64,000 nucleotides of DNA from the NCBI GenBank assembly GCA_965208325.1, contig OZ242326.1:4224001-4288000 (forward strand), given 5' to 3'. The notes beneath the pieces are model-generated. The model was not told where the DNA came from. It saw only the letters and a list, made by a program, of their open reading frames with translations, and did no database searches. Of this stretch, positions 37,979-49,057 are shown piece by piece; within the stretch, counting starts at the first letter, position 1; every line of letters begins with the position of its first letter. The position numbers and the translations under genes were made by a program. The stretch is from Candidatus Poribacteria bacterium (GTDB taxonomy: Bacteria; Poribacteria; WGA-4E; PCPOR2b).

Positions 37979-39928
37979 ATGCTAAACCCGTTTCGATTAA
38001 GGCGATTGGCCATTGTGGTACTGCTGGTTTCATGCACAGCCGGGGCTTACAGCCAAGAGTACGCCGCAATTTACCTGAAGAGCGGAGACCGCATTACAGG
38101 ACGCTGGCTGGGCGCAAATGACCAATCCGCTCGGATAATTTTTCACGCCCAAGAGTTATCCATCCCGCTTAACGACGTGAACTCTATTCGGTTTGGGGAC
38201 GATCTACGCCTCATCCCGGATGCGGTTGCCGAAAAACAATTCCGCAATGGTCAGGCTTTGTTGGAGTTGGGGCTGCGAGCGGAGGCGAAACAGAAGTTTC
38301 GAGCAGCAATTGAGGCGTTTCCGAGATTTGCCGATGCACACTATAAGCTCGGTATACTTCTCCAGGAGGACGGAGAAATCGACGAAGCCGTGAAATATTT
38401 CGGTTTTGTCGCAAAGATTAATCCCGAAGCTTACAACTTGGCGACGCAGCTAAAGGGTGCGGGCGATGCTTATCTTAAAACTGAAGCATTCCGTAAGGCG
38501 AGCCAAGCGTATCTGTTGATTTTCAACCATTATCCTAGCCACAGCGATGGTGAATATGCGGGATATACGGCAGGATTTCTATTGGCAGAGAATCTAGAAT
38601 CCCATGAAGAGGCCTTGCAGGTGCTACAGGAGGCGAAGAATCGTTATCCGGTGAGCCTTTACATGGAAAAGACAGATTACCTAATTGGGGTGTTGCACGC
38701 CAAATTGAGCCGATACGAACCGGCGATTGCCATACTAACCGAATTCATTAGTAATTATGAAGAGAGCGAATGGCTTGATGACGCCTATTTGGCGCGCGGT
38801 GAGGCTTACCTGCTATTGAGGCATAATCGCGCAGCCATTGCAGACTTCGACCATGCGATTGAAATCGCGCAGGATGGGAAACTTCGGCGCGAGGCTCGGA
38901 AGCGGCGCGATGCGTGCGTATGGACTGTTTACAGAATTTCGGATGGACTGCCAAGCAATCAGATACAGGCGCTTGAAGTTGACGGAAATACATTGTGGAT
39001 AGGTACACCCAAAGGGGTGGCTCGCGCCGATGTCAGCATCAATGCGGACGGGTGGCAGTTAATTACGGAGAGAGTCAATAAAATCAACAACATGTTCGAT
39101 GAAACTATCAACGTTCGGGCGATCGCTGCTGATGACGCGGACGTGTGGATTGGGACGTTGAATCACGGTGTCATTCGATACGATTTGTACAAAATATATC
39201 CAGAAATCTACGACGCAAGCACAGAATTTCCGCATAATCAGGTGAACGACATCAATATCCTCAAGGATGAGGTGTGGATTGCGACTTTCTCAGGTGTAGC
39301 GCGTTTCAATCGAACCAGCGGTGGGTGGGTGTTTTTCAATAAAAAAAATGATGGATTACCCGCGGATGATGTCACCGCCCTTGCGGCTACGCCCAAAGCT
39401 GTTTGGATAGGCACCTCTGGGCACGGTATCGCAAAATACAATCGGGGAATCAATTACTGGGAAGAATTTGGCCCGGACGATGGGCTGAATCTCGGTCGGG
39501 AGAGTACAATTACCAGTTTCGATGTGTGGCGAGATCGGCCGTTTGCCACGTGGTACAATGATGAGGAAAACGGCTACGTCGAGATAGACCCGCAGGGATC
39601 GAACAGTTCTGTACAACCGGTGGATTCTGTCGGAGATTTGGTATCGCTTCGAGATATCTACATTGCCGTGGGGGAAATTTCGGGCGAGAACTCTGGGGAA
39701 ATAAACAGACAGCCGCCGTTGTGGATAGCAAAGAATGATGTAGTGTACTTAAAAAGTGCGGGTAATTGGGAATGGTTTGAATATCCTGCCATTCAGCTTG
39801 GAGATCCGATTGTGAATTGCATTGCGATCGGCGACGGCGTTGTCTGGGTTGGTACATCTAACGGACTTGCCAAGCTGGACAGAAACAACCCCGCCATGGA
39901 CAGGCAAATTCAAAACGAAGAAGAATAG
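37979..39928 (+). CDS. Secreted TPR plus beta-propeller (two-component regulator propeller-type) protein
   Basis: Signal peptide; TPR helices; 'DGLPSNQI..L..DG..LWIGT..G' repeats. Confidence 0.85.
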   Translation: MLNPFRLRRLAIVVLLVSCTAGAYSQEYAAIYLKSGDRITGRWLGANDQSARIIFHAQELSIPLNDVNSIRFGDDLRLIPDAVAEKQFRNGQALLELGLRAEAKQKFRAAIEAFPRFADAHYKLGILLQEDGEIDEAVKYFGFVAKINPEAYNLATQLKGAGDAYLKTEAFRKASQAYLLIFNHYPSHSDGEYAGYTAGFLLAENLESHEEALQVLQEAKNRYPVSLYMEKTDYLIGVLHAKLSRYEPAIAILTEFISNYEESEWLDDAYLARGEAYLLLRHNRAAIADFDHAIEIAQDGKLRREARKRRDACVWTVYRISDGLPSNQIQALEVDGNTLWIGTPKGVARADVSINADGWQLITERVNKINNMFDETINVRAIAADDADVWIGTLNHGVIRYDLYKIYPEIYDASTEFPHNQVNDINILKDEVWIATFSGVARFNRTSGGWVFFNKKNDGLPADDVTALAATPKAVWIGTSGHGIAKYNRGINYWEEFGPDDGLNLGRESTITSFDVWRDRPFATWYNDEENGYVEIDPQGSNSSVQPVDSVGDLVSLRDIYIAVGEISGENSGEINRQPPLWIAKNDVVYLKSAGNWEWFEYPAIQLGDPIVNCIAIGDGVVWVGTSNGLAKLDRNNPAMDRQIQNEEE

Positions 39929-40010
39929 ACGCGTTCGAAAAACGACTTGATTATCCCACCCTGAGACTCTTCTAGTCTAGATGGGTTGAACGTGACAATG
40001 ACTCACGAGG

Positions 40011-40610
40011 TTGAAAATGTACGGTAGACTGTCCGGATTCAGCTTTTTTTTAGTGATGTGTATCGGGTTGCCGGGTTGCGTTTGGCTGTCAGCCTTGTCA
40101 ACCCAGTGGAGCGAGAATTTTGCGCTCAAAAGTTTTGGTACGGAGGCAAACCATCCGTCCATCAATGATGGAAAACTCGACACGGTGGCGGCAGTAGGCG
40201 GCAGCAATAAACCGCGGATCTTTATACTTAAATTTCCCGAAGCTAAGAAGGTGCGAAGAATTATTATCCACAATGAAAATCTGTTTTGGTTTCATGTGGA
40301 CTATTTAGACATGAAGACTTCCGAATGGGAAACGTGCTACTCGATGCGCCAACGAAGGAATATTGGTACTGGACGAACGCAAACGCAATATCTCGTCGAT
40401 CGGCTGAACGTCGAGACAAATATGATTCGAATTGATGTGTCCCGCACAGTCGATGATGACATTGTTCCGAAGCCAATCGCGGAGCCGGGGGACAAGGTCG
40501 TGAATAGAAAGCTGACGGTGGGTCGGCTCTATATTCCGCATTACCGCGTTATCGACCAGGCGCCCGCGAAAATTCGAGAAGTCGAAGTGTATCAGCTTGC
40601 AGAGCGGTGA
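40011..40610 (+). CDS. Putative lipoprotein, discoidin/galactose-binding-like
   Basis: Possible lipobox LPGC; 'NFAL....INDG..DT' and C-terminal 'IREVEVY'. Confidence 0.6.
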   Translation: MKMYGRLSGFSFFLVMCIGLPGCVWLSALSTQWSENFALKSFGTEANHPSINDGKLDTVAAVGGSNKPRIFILKFPEAKKVRRIIIHNENLFWFHVDYLDMKTSEWETCYSMRQRRNIGTGRTQTQYLVDRLNVETNMIRIDVSRTVDDDIVPKPIAEPGDKVVNRKLTVGRLYIPHYRVIDQAPAKIREVEVYQLAER

Positions 40611-40670
40611 CGGATATTGGCGGATAGGCGCAGGGATTCCAAATTGATTCGGCTGGTTAGATTTGGCTGG

Positions 40671-42515
40671 TTACCAGATAACGGCTTTCGTGTCGGGGAC
40701 GAAACGTGTTTTCTTAACTAGTTTCCCGGTTGGCGTGTTTTCATAGAGCGGGTATGCGACACCTTTCGGATCGATAGACACGACATCTGAACCGCGAATA
40801 ACCAATTTATAGGGGATTTCGCCAAGAACTCGATGTACAACGCGTTCTGGTACTGGGAACTTGAGGGTAACTTGGTCACCGCGATTCAACCAACCGACTT
40901 GTACGTAACGCCCATCTATGAGCGTTCGGCGTTCTTCACCTCCGACGGTGGCATGGACATCGTTTGGATTGCACCATTCGGGAATTCGCACGGCTACAGT
41001 AGGCGCGTCTTTAATGTGCAGCACGACCTTCCCTTCGACAGGCAGGTAGCTATCCACATCAAGCCACTGAGAGGCGCGGTTCAGCAGTAGATTGACTTTG
41101 ACAAGCCCGTCCGTTTTTGCCACCATTTTGTCCCACACAGAGTAAAGCGTGCGAGCGCCGTTAGCGGTGCAGCAGTGCATGATGCTTGATGCGTCTAACT
41201 TCGGTCCGTCGGGCGTCTGATGGACTGTCAGCGCTTCGTTTGCGCGCATCCACCCAAAAAAGGAGCCGACGGAACGCTCGCGAATGTTATCGTCGTCCCG
41301 GTATTGGTGATTATCGGGTTCGGTGTTGTAGTAACTCTCCGGGATTCGATCGAACAGACTCACATCGCAGAGTTGCCCGTTCGCATACACATTGCGTACC
41401 CACCGGTCTACATCGTCCCAATAATCGCCTAAACCTGCCTCTGTCAGGTAAAGCGCCAACCAGACCATGTCCGCGACTTCACAGATTTCGACGGAGTTTC
41501 CGCGCCGGTCCAAATACCAATCTGTACCGGGTTGGGCTTCAGGGAAGAAACCGATGAGCGGATCTCCCATCTCGCGCGCGAAGCGATAACACGCATCCAC
41601 ACGTTCTAAAACCTCCCGATCGCTGGTGGCAAAACCGTATTCACAAACTGCCATCAATGCGTAAAGCCCGTGGTGAAAGTGCCAGAATTTGTATTCACCG
41701 TCCGCACTGTTAAAGAGGCGAGCCAACGCCCACCGAGCTAATCCGCGCGATAATTCGAGCGCTGGTTCATATCCGGTTACGCGGTAGAAAAGCCCGGCGC
41801 CATGGCCTGTCGATCCTATGCAATAATATATGGTGAAAAGATTGTCCTTACTGTATAAGCCGCCGCCTTCGCTATCCATCAAGCCAGGTTCATCTGCATC
41901 GCTTGGCGGAGCTTGACCTGGTACGAATTGCGCTCTCCACAGGAATCGAAAATCACCTTTTTCCCGTGTGAGCGAAAGGAGGCGGTCGACTTTGCGTTTG
42001 CCAATCTCAATCCATCGCGGGTCGTCGTCAATTTGCGCGAGTGTCGATAGTGCGATGAGTTGCCTACCTTCACCCCAAATCTCTGAGAACGGCGTCATTT
42101 CCCCACTTTCAGATTCTGCGAAACTGGGGATTCCCATGGAAACGGTGTCGAAAATATCGGTTGGGCAGTAGGTCAGCCCATCCTCGCCGACGAAGCTCAA
42201 CTGCGCTCCAAGTACACCTTTATCTACCTCAATGTTTTGTTTATTGCCAGATGCTAGCCGGCACAACGCCAACGCTTCGACGAATTTTGGCGGAATATTC
42301 AGGTAGACATCGATCAGGTGATTGACGAACAGGACAGCTGGTTTACGGGAAAAATCCACGATAAACTTCAACCCCCACTTTGCTTGAGGGTCCCAAACGT
42401 TAGTCAATGCGGTAATGGCTAAGCCCATTCTGTCAGCTAAATCGAGTGTGTCCGGCACCTCAACTTCGTAGCGTTCACCCAGCGTACATTTCGCCATTGG
42501 ATTGTGATTGAGCAT
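40671..42515 (-). CDS. GH127/GH146-like (beta-L-arabinofuranosidase-like) glycoside hydrolase
   Basis: 'VEICEVADM' and 'HCCTANG' Cys/Zn motifs; C-terminal beta sandwich 'VAVRIPEW'. Confidence 0.7.
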   Translation of the reverse strand: MLNHNPMAKCTLGERYEVEVPDTLDLADRMGLAITALTNVWDPQAKWGLKFIVDFSRKPAVLFVNHLIDVYLNIPPKFVEALALCRLASGNKQNIEVDKGVLGAQLSFVGEDGLTYCPTDIFDTVSMGIPSFAESESGEMTPFSEIWGEGRQLIALSTLAQIDDDPRWIEIGKRKVDRLLSLTREKGDFRFLWRAQFVPGQAPPSDADEPGLMDSEGGGLYSKDNLFTIYYCIGSTGHGAGLFYRVTGYEPALELSRGLARWALARLFNSADGEYKFWHFHHGLYALMAVCEYGFATSDREVLERVDACYRFAREMGDPLIGFFPEAQPGTDWYLDRRGNSVEICEVADMVWLALYLTEAGLGDYWDDVDRWVRNVYANGQLCDVSLFDRIPESYYNTEPDNHQYRDDDNIRERSVGSFFGWMRANEALTVHQTPDGPKLDASSIMHCCTANGARTLYSVWDKMVAKTDGLVKVNLLLNRASQWLDVDSYLPVEGKVVLHIKDAPTVAVRIPEWCNPNDVHATVGGEERRTLIDGRYVQVGWLNRGDQVTLKFPVPERVVHRVLGEIPYKLVIRGSDVVSIDPKGVAYPLYENTPTGKLVKKTRFVPDTKAVIW

Positions 42516-43166
42516 TTTATTTTATTCCCTTTCAGACAAAGAAATTTATGCGATTTAGTGGACGTATATTAAAGCTTGTTTGATTAATAGGTGACAAAGC
42601 CATACTTGGGGGGTTGAGTTGGTATAACCGGTGTAACATCTATCGCACCGGATTTACTATCGCCTTCGCTATTCGCTCAGTTGATTCTATTCAGCCGCTT
42701 GTTCCCCGCCTACCGCGGGTAGAGGGGTAATATACGCCTGCCTCCTCTCTTGGGCTTTGATGAATGCAGTAGCCATTAAAGAAACCGAGTTTTGAAGAAA
42801 AAACTCGGTTTCAAGTTAAATTATGCAATATGTCAAGCAACTACTGAACCAGTCCAGTTATTTTATTCGTTTATTGTTTCCCGGTCAACATAAATATTTC
42901 GACAGCGGAGTTTTGTTGCCGGGTTGGGAACACCGCCCTTATTGGCATTTTCAACGCATATCTGGCGGCGAATTCTCCTTGATATGTTTGGTGCCGTGGT
43001 ATATTATAGCTACTGCGTTTGCGACTACGGAATTAGATGCCGCGATACGTAGAATCCGCGATTCGGAGATTGCTCCTACGGCGCAAAGGCAGAGGCTGTA
43101 ATACGGAGATCGCTCCTACAATTATTATTCTGACTGTACAACAGTGAACGTAATCCTCCTCTCGCC

Positions 43167-46037
43167 ATGATTCAGATTGATCATCCTCTCTTATTTTTGT
43201 TCCTGATTTCTTTGCCGCTTGTCTTAATAATCAACGGTCGCACACGGGTTGAAGCCGCACCATGGCGGCGATTTACGCTACTTGTGCTTCGAATCGGAGG
43301 ATTAGTGTGTCTGATTTTGGCAGCAGTCGGATTACAACAGAAAAGCCGATCGGATGTACTTTCTGTGACGTTTCTTCTTGATGTATCTGGCAGCATTCCG
43401 TCTTCAAAACAGGCAGAGGGGATAGCTCGGATAAACGATGCCGTAAATGCGTTGAATCCCGAAGATGAGTTCAGTGTGATTCGTTTCGCAGCGCGAGCTA
43501 CCATCGGTACACCAATGCAACCTCGGTTGACTGCGCCGACTTTAACTAGGGAATTTTTATTGGACACAAGTATCGACGTTAACGCAACCGATATTGCCAG
43601 TGCTATTCAGTTGGGTATGGTAAACTTGCCGGAGGCAAGGCAAACCCGATTTGTCTTGCTCAGCGACGGTTTACAGAATATTAATGACGCAAATGAAATA
43701 TTGGATCTCGTGGAAGCAAGCGGGATAGAAATATTTACAATTCCTCTGAACGCCGAGCGGGAAAATGAAGTTTGGGTGCGAGATTTACAGGTGCCGCCGC
43801 GAGCCAAAGCCGATGCACCCTTTACAATTCGTGCGATTGTCGAGAGCACGACAGATACCCAAGCGACGGTGCGGCTGTATCATAACAACGTCCCCGTTTC
43901 AACAGCGCAAACGGTTCAACTTGAAGCCGGCAAGCAGGTTATTGATAGTTTTTTACCACAGCGAATCAGGGAAACGCGGAACCACGTGTATCGTGTCGAC
44001 ATCTCCGCGCCTATCGATTCAATTTCCGATAACAACTCGGCTTACGGTTTAGTTGGTGTGTACGGGCGCCCGCGCATCTTGTACGTTGAAAGCGAAGCAG
44101 AAAATGCCGCCAGACTTAAGACGGTGCTTGAAAAAGACCATTTCAACGTGGACGTTATCGCGCCGTCCGGGTTTCCAACTGATTTGGCTCTCCTTCAAGG
44201 CTATGACGCAGTCATCCTGAGTAATGTCTCTGCGGATGAAATTCCACAATCGCAAATGGTGCTAATCGATAGCTACGTCCGTGATTTGGGCAATGGCTTG
44301 GTGGCAATAGGCGGAGATCGCGCTTTCGGCGTGGGCGGCTATCACGATACGCCGCTGGAGCGCGTATTGCCCGTCGACATGACGCCCAAGCAGCGTAAAG
44401 AATCGGTCGCACTCATGCTTGTGGTTGATGCGTCCGGCAGCATGGAGGACTATGTCGGCGCCGACCAAAAGATTGAGTTGGCTATTGAAGGGGTTCGCGC
44501 CGCTGTTCGTGTGCTTGATGAAGAGGACCGCGTTGGGTTAATTGGGTTCGCGGCGAAACCGCCGATTAAGATGTTCATCGCACCCACGGATGAACACGAA
44601 CGAATCAACCGAGGTGTTGGAAAGTTATCCCCAGGCGGCGGTACGGAAATGTATCCCTCGCTCGAAAAAGCACATGAAGTTCTCAAGGAAATTGACGCGA
44701 AGCAGAAACACATCATCCTGTTGTCGGACGGAAAATCGAATGGTGCATTCACCCCTTTAGCGAGGCGGATAGCCGCCGATCAGATATCCGTAACAACAAT
44801 CGCCATTGGCGATGCCGCCGGACAACAGTTAATGCAATCAATCGCTCGCGAGGGACAGGGGAATTACAAATACGTGCGAAACGTGAGCCAACTACCGAAG
44901 GTTTTCGTGAACGCGGTGAGGCAGACGCAGAAGTACACGATCCAGCAATCGTTTCAACCAACTATCAGCGAATTCGGCAGTCAGATTTTGGCGGAAATTG
45001 GCCGTCTTCCGAAACTCTACGGCTATATTGCGACATCTGGAAAGGAGCGTGCGCAGGTTATCATCCGCTCTCACGAAAATCACCCAATCTTGGCTGCATG
45101 GAATTACGGCCTGGGGAGAGCTGCCGCATTTACTTCCGACGTGAAACCGGGTTGGGGCGCCGATTGGATTGAATGGAAAAATTTCGGAAAGTTTTGGGGT
45201 CAAGTGGTCAATTGGGTGTTGGCACCCAACCAGGGCGGCGGAGAGTTCAATCTCCACGTTCTTCATCGCGGTGGGGAGGGACAGGTTGTAGTTGATGATT
45301 TTGACGTGACGCGCTCGGTCCGGCGTCACGAAGGAGGAGTTGGGGGCGTGGTTAGCGAAACAGATGGGTTTGTCGGTCATGTTGCACGACCACGCGGGGG
45401 CGGCGAGTCAATAGAGTTGCAACGTGTCACGCCGACACGGTACGAAGGCGGTTTCCCGATTCGCGAACTCGGTGCATACCACGTTACCGTGCAGGAAAAG
45501 TTGAACGGCGCGCTCAAGAGTTCGCGGCGTGCAAATCTGATTGTTTCGTACCCGGGAGAATTCGCTGAATTCAAGACCAATCGACAGTTACTCGCTGAAA
45601 TATCCAGGCGAACTGACGGAATTTTCGACCCGTCGCCAGACCAAATTCTGGAGCGATCGGGTAAAGGAATAGAACACCTGAAGCCGCTATCGGGTCTTTT
45701 GCTGGCGGCGAGCTTTGTGTTGTTTGTCGTTGAGATGATACTCCGCCGTGTAACAATTGCAAGCGGCTACTTATCTGAACTTCGGGCGCAGTTGCGTGTG
45801 TTTCGCCGGCGAGACCGCGATGCTTTGTCACCGACACTCTCCCGTCTGAGCGAGACAAAGTCCGTTCTACGCCAGCCAACTCGAATAGGCGCATTTCAAC
45901 AAAGGCAGGTTCCGACAGATGCACTTTTATCGCAACAGGCATCTGCAAGCGCGAGTGTTCAGCCGCAGGTTGAACACGGCGGGACGGGGCGTTTATTGGC
46001 AGCCAAAAAACGCGCCGGTTCAGGCAGCGTGACGTAA
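43167..46037 (+). CDS. Membrane-anchored dual VWA plus GATase1-like (DUF1355-type) protein
   Basis: N-terminal BatA-like TM; MIDAS motifs DVSGS and DASGS; LSDG; 'HPILAAWNYGLGRAAAFTSD'. Confidence 0.85.
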   Translation: MIQIDHPLLFLFLISLPLVLIINGRTRVEAAPWRRFTLLVLRIGGLVCLILAAVGLQQKSRSDVLSVTFLLDVSGSIPSSKQAEGIARINDAVNALNPEDEFSVIRFAARATIGTPMQPRLTAPTLTREFLLDTSIDVNATDIASAIQLGMVNLPEARQTRFVLLSDGLQNINDANEILDLVEASGIEIFTIPLNAERENEVWVRDLQVPPRAKADAPFTIRAIVESTTDTQATVRLYHNNVPVSTAQTVQLEAGKQVIDSFLPQRIRETRNHVYRVDISAPIDSISDNNSAYGLVGVYGRPRILYVESEAENAARLKTVLEKDHFNVDVIAPSGFPTDLALLQGYDAVILSNVSADEIPQSQMVLIDSYVRDLGNGLVAIGGDRAFGVGGYHDTPLERVLPVDMTPKQRKESVALMLVVDASGSMEDYVGADQKIELAIEGVRAAVRVLDEEDRVGLIGFAAKPPIKMFIAPTDEHERINRGVGKLSPGGGTEMYPSLEKAHEVLKEIDAKQKHIILLSDGKSNGAFTPLARRIAADQISVTTIAIGDAAGQQLMQSIAREGQGNYKYVRNVSQLPKVFVNAVRQTQKYTIQQSFQPTISEFGSQILAEIGRLPKLYGYIATSGKERAQVIIRSHENHPILAAWNYGLGRAAAFTSDVKPGWGADWIEWKNFGKFWGQVVNWVLAPNQGGGEFNLHVLHRGGEGQVVVDDFDVTRSVRRHEGGVGGVVSETDGFVGHVARPRGGGESIELQRVTPTRYEGGFPIRELGAYHVTVQEKLNGALKSSRRANLIVSYPGEFAEFKTNRQLLAEISRRTDGIFDPSPDQILERSGKGIEHLKPLSGLLLAASFVLFVVEMILRRVTIASGYLSELRAQLRVFRRRDRDALSPTLSRLSETKSVLRQPTRIGAFQQRQVPTDALLSQQASASASVQPQVEHGGTGRLLAAKKRAGSGSVT

Positions 46038-46038
46038 C

Positions 46039-47508
46039 ATGTTTGCGCACAAGTTAGGCGACTTGGAAAAGGTAACATTAAACCTCCGCATTAAAACAAT
46101 TGTCATGTCCGATTGTTTTGTTCAACGTGTAAACCGTTATATCTTGGAACATCACATGATTCGACCGGGGGAGATTGTAGTAGTCGGCGTTTCCGGCGGC
46201 GTTGATTCGCTCTCGCTGCTGTATTGCTTGCACGCATTACGGCATGAATTCAGTTGTTCTCTCCATGTTGCACATTTAGACCACGGCATTCGCCCAGATT
46301 CGGTTGCAGATGCCGAGTATGTCCACAAACTCGCGGAGGAACTGAATTTGCCAATTTCCGTCGAACAGGTTGACGTGCCGCAAATGATGAGGCATCGCGG
46401 ACTTTCGGTAGAGGCGGCAGCTCGGGAAGCACGATTCGATTTCTACGAACGCGTTTCTGAACAGATTGGTGCAACGAAGATTGCACTGGGGCATCATCGC
46501 GGGGATCAGGCGGAAACCGTTCTGATGCGCTTATTGCGCGGCGCCGGTTCGATTGGCCTCAAAGGCATGCTACCGGTTCGAGAGGGAAAGTTCATCCGCC
46601 CACTTCTCAATTTTTCGCGGGAAGAAATTGAAGCGTTCGCAGCGGAACTCGGTTTGCAACCGCGGCGGGATTCGACAAACTATGAACCTAGTAGCCTTCG
46701 TAACCGCATTCGATTAGAGTTGATTCCGCTGTTAGAACAGTTATATAATCCGAATATCCAAAACACGATTAACCAGACTGCCGAGCTGCTGCGCGTCGAG
46801 TCAGACTACTTAGAGGGGATTGGCGGCGAAGCATTTCAAGCGTGCCGCGAGAAGCCGGATGTGACCGATGTTGTTGTGTTGAATCGCCGCACCTTCCTTC
46901 GATACCATCTCGCAGTGCGTCAACGCATCTTGCGCTGTGCTATCGGGGAGTTTTCGGGTAATATGACGAGTTTCTATTTTAATCACTTTTCGGCGATGTT
47001 AAAATTGATTGAAGGGGAATCGCCCAACGCTTCATTAAATTTACCCGGCAATCTACGGCTGCAACGCGCATATGATCAGCTAATTTTTCACAAATCCGAA
47101 TATGCTTCTAACGAGTTTGAATACGAGGTTGTTGTGCCGGGTACAACGGATTTGCCGCTGTTAAACGCACGGATAATTGCTACCGTTGAGGCGTCCCAAC
47201 CCGCGAAATTGCCTGATGGAAAATTTCGGGCGGTGTTCGATTTTTTCCAATCTCCGCTTAAACTGCGAAACCGGTGGGCAGGCGATCGATTTCAACCATT
47301 TGGGATGCAGGGCAGCAAAAAGGTTAAGGATTTTCTTATTGATTCCAAAGTTCCCCGCCAAGAACGAGACCGTGTTCCGATTCTTGTGAGCGGCGAAGAA
47401 ATCGTGTGGGTTGTAGGACATCGGACGAGTGAGCGGTTTAAGGTCGGAGATGAGACTAAGCGATGCGTCTATCTAGCTTATACGCCGTACGATGGATTGG
47501 CGGATTAA
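46039..47508 (+). CDS. tilS: tRNA(Ile)-lysidine synthetase
   Basis: SGGVDS PP-loop, HLDHGIR, HHRGDQAET, RNRIR; true start may be 46105. Confidence 0.96.
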   Translation: MFAHKLGDLEKVTLNLRIKTIVMSDCFVQRVNRYILEHHMIRPGEIVVVGVSGGVDSLSLLYCLHALRHEFSCSLHVAHLDHGIRPDSVADAEYVHKLAEELNLPISVEQVDVPQMMRHRGLSVEAAAREARFDFYERVSEQIGATKIALGHHRGDQAETVLMRLLRGAGSIGLKGMLPVREGKFIRPLLNFSREEIEAFAAELGLQPRRDSTNYEPSSLRNRIRLELIPLLEQLYNPNIQNTINQTAELLRVESDYLEGIGGEAFQACREKPDVTDVVVLNRRTFLRYHLAVRQRILRCAIGEFSGNMTSFYFNHFSAMLKLIEGESPNASLNLPGNLRLQRAYDQLIFHKSEYASNEFEYEVVVPGTTDLPLLNARIIATVEASQPAKLPDGKFRAVFDFFQSPLKLRNRWAGDRFQPFGMQGSKKVKDFLIDSKVPRQERDRVPILVSGEEIVWVVGHRTSERFKVGDETKRCVYLAYTPYDGLAD

Positions 47509-48094
47509 GCAATTAACAATCGAGTTGTCAGCCCCCAAGAAAATACAAGCAAAAGAATTGTCTACTGCGATGAAATCTCGGACGCAATCAATTTTAATAA
47601 CGGAATCACAAATTGGCGAACGAGTCCGCGAATTAGGGCGGGAAATTTCCGGCGATTACGCCAATTCCGACCTCGTGCTTCTCGGTGTACTCAAAGGCGG
47701 CGTTGTGTTCTTTACCGATCTCATGCGTGCCGTTTCTATTCCCGTCCGGTGTGAGTTTGTCCAAATTGAGAGTTACGGTGCCAACAGTGTTTCGTCGGAG
47801 AATGTCGAAGTCATCCACGGTATTAAAGGTGATCTTCGCAACGCAGATGTCCTCGTGGTGGAGGACATCGTTGATACCGGACATTCATTGAACTTTCTCA
47901 TGAATTATGTCAGTACGCTGCAAGCAGCGAGCGTAAGGGTGTGTAGTTTGCTCGATAAGCCCAGTCGGCGCGTGGTTCCGGTTTCCATTGACTATGTGGG
48001 ATTTGAAATCGATGATGTTTTTGTAATCGGGTACGGTTTGGACTACAATCAGCAATACCGCAATCTACCGTACGTTGCCGTGTGCGATGATTGA
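47492..48094 (+). CDS. hpt: Hypoxanthine phosphoribosyltransferase
   Basis: VLKGG, VLVVEDIVDTGHSL, FVIGYGLDY..YRNLP; true start may be 47570. Confidence 0.95.
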   Translation: MDWRIKQLTIELSAPKKIQAKELSTAMKSRTQSILITESQIGERVRELGREISGDYANSDLVLLGVLKGGVVFFTDLMRAVSIPVRCEFVQIESYGANSVSSENVEVIHGIKGDLRNADVLVVEDIVDTGHSLNFLMNYVSTLQAASVRVCSLLDKPSRRVVPVSIDYVGFEIDDVFVIGYGLDYNQQYRNLPYVAVCDD

Positions 48095-48180
48095 GAATCA
48101 AGGAGCCAGAAAGCTCATTAACAACCATCTTGCCGGCGATTTCAGATTGGCTAAACGGCGGCAGTCGGCGTAGATTTTCG

Positions 48181-48209
48181 TTGACAGCGCATAAGCCAGT
48201 TGATATTAT
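48181..48209 (+). promoter_or_regulatory. sigma70-type promoter
   Basis: TTGACA-N17-TATTAT with TG extension. Confidence 0.65.
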
Positions 48210-48256
48210 AGTGGCCGTTATTTTGCATTCATAAACTTCCAAAATGTCAAGAGGAG

Positions 48257-49033
48257 ATGCTAATGCGTAAAGTTAAAGGTGTTGTAATCGTTACAATCTT
48301 GATTCTCCCGTTCGCAGCGATGGCAAGCGCGGAGATGTCCGAAAAAGCTCAGATGGGCCGTGAACTATTCTATGACCCCTCTTTCGGCGGAACACTCGAA
48401 CCTCAAAAAATTAGCGGCCTCGCCTGCGCGCATTGCCACGCTGATTTTGATGAAGATGCGAACCCTGACGGTAAAATACGGGCAGGACACAGCATAATTG
48501 GCGTGCCGCATCGTGGCGAGGCAAAAGGCGGGATGATTAAGGCGGATATATTCCGGCGCGCTGCCGGCGGCGGGGGTTTCTGCTATCAGCATTTCTTACA
48601 GCGGATTCCGGAGGATAAGGTCGATCCGATTGCCATCCCGGAGGAACAAGCAGAAGCCTTGATGGCTTATTTTGAACATGTTTCCGGGGATAACAAGGGG
48701 CCGGAATTCGAGATAAAGATGCTTGACAGAGAAGCGGCAGCCGAGGCGGCTGAGAAGATTCTTGGGATTGAGGGTGACCCGCAGGCGGGTTGGAAACTCT
48801 TTAGCAGAGCCTGTAACGATTGCCATCCAACGGCTAAAAAAGCGGGCATCGGCACGCAGCTTGTGCGCAGAAGACCGCCGTCCAACATGAAAAAATGGAA
48901 GGTCAACATCGCCGCAAAGGTCCGCGGCGGCGGATTTATTATGCCATTCTACGGTGAAGATCGGTTGTCCGACCAAGACATCTCTGATATTGTGGCGTTT
49001 CTGGAAAAATTAGTTACTGAAAAGAAGAGATAA
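48257..49033 (+). CDS. Periplasmic diheme cytochrome c
   Basis: Signal peptide; CAHCH and CNDCH; distal 'MP' in the second domain. Confidence 0.88.
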   Translation: MLMRKVKGVVIVTILILPFAAMASAEMSEKAQMGRELFYDPSFGGTLEPQKISGLACAHCHADFDEDANPDGKIRAGHSIIGVPHRGEAKGGMIKADIFRRAAGGGGFCYQHFLQRIPEDKVDPIAIPEEQAEALMAYFEHVSGDNKGPEFEIKMLDREAAAEAAEKILGIEGDPQAGWKLFSRACNDCHPTAKKAGIGTQLVRRRPPSNMKKWKVNIAAKVRGGGFIMPFYGEDRLSDQDISDIVAFLEKLVTEKKR

Positions 49034-49057
49034 ACGCATTAATACGCTGCTCTACTT

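Noticed and set aside
42823..43101. 92-aa ORF upstream of the VWA gene
   Set aside because: Runs through promoter-like and REP sequence; no motif
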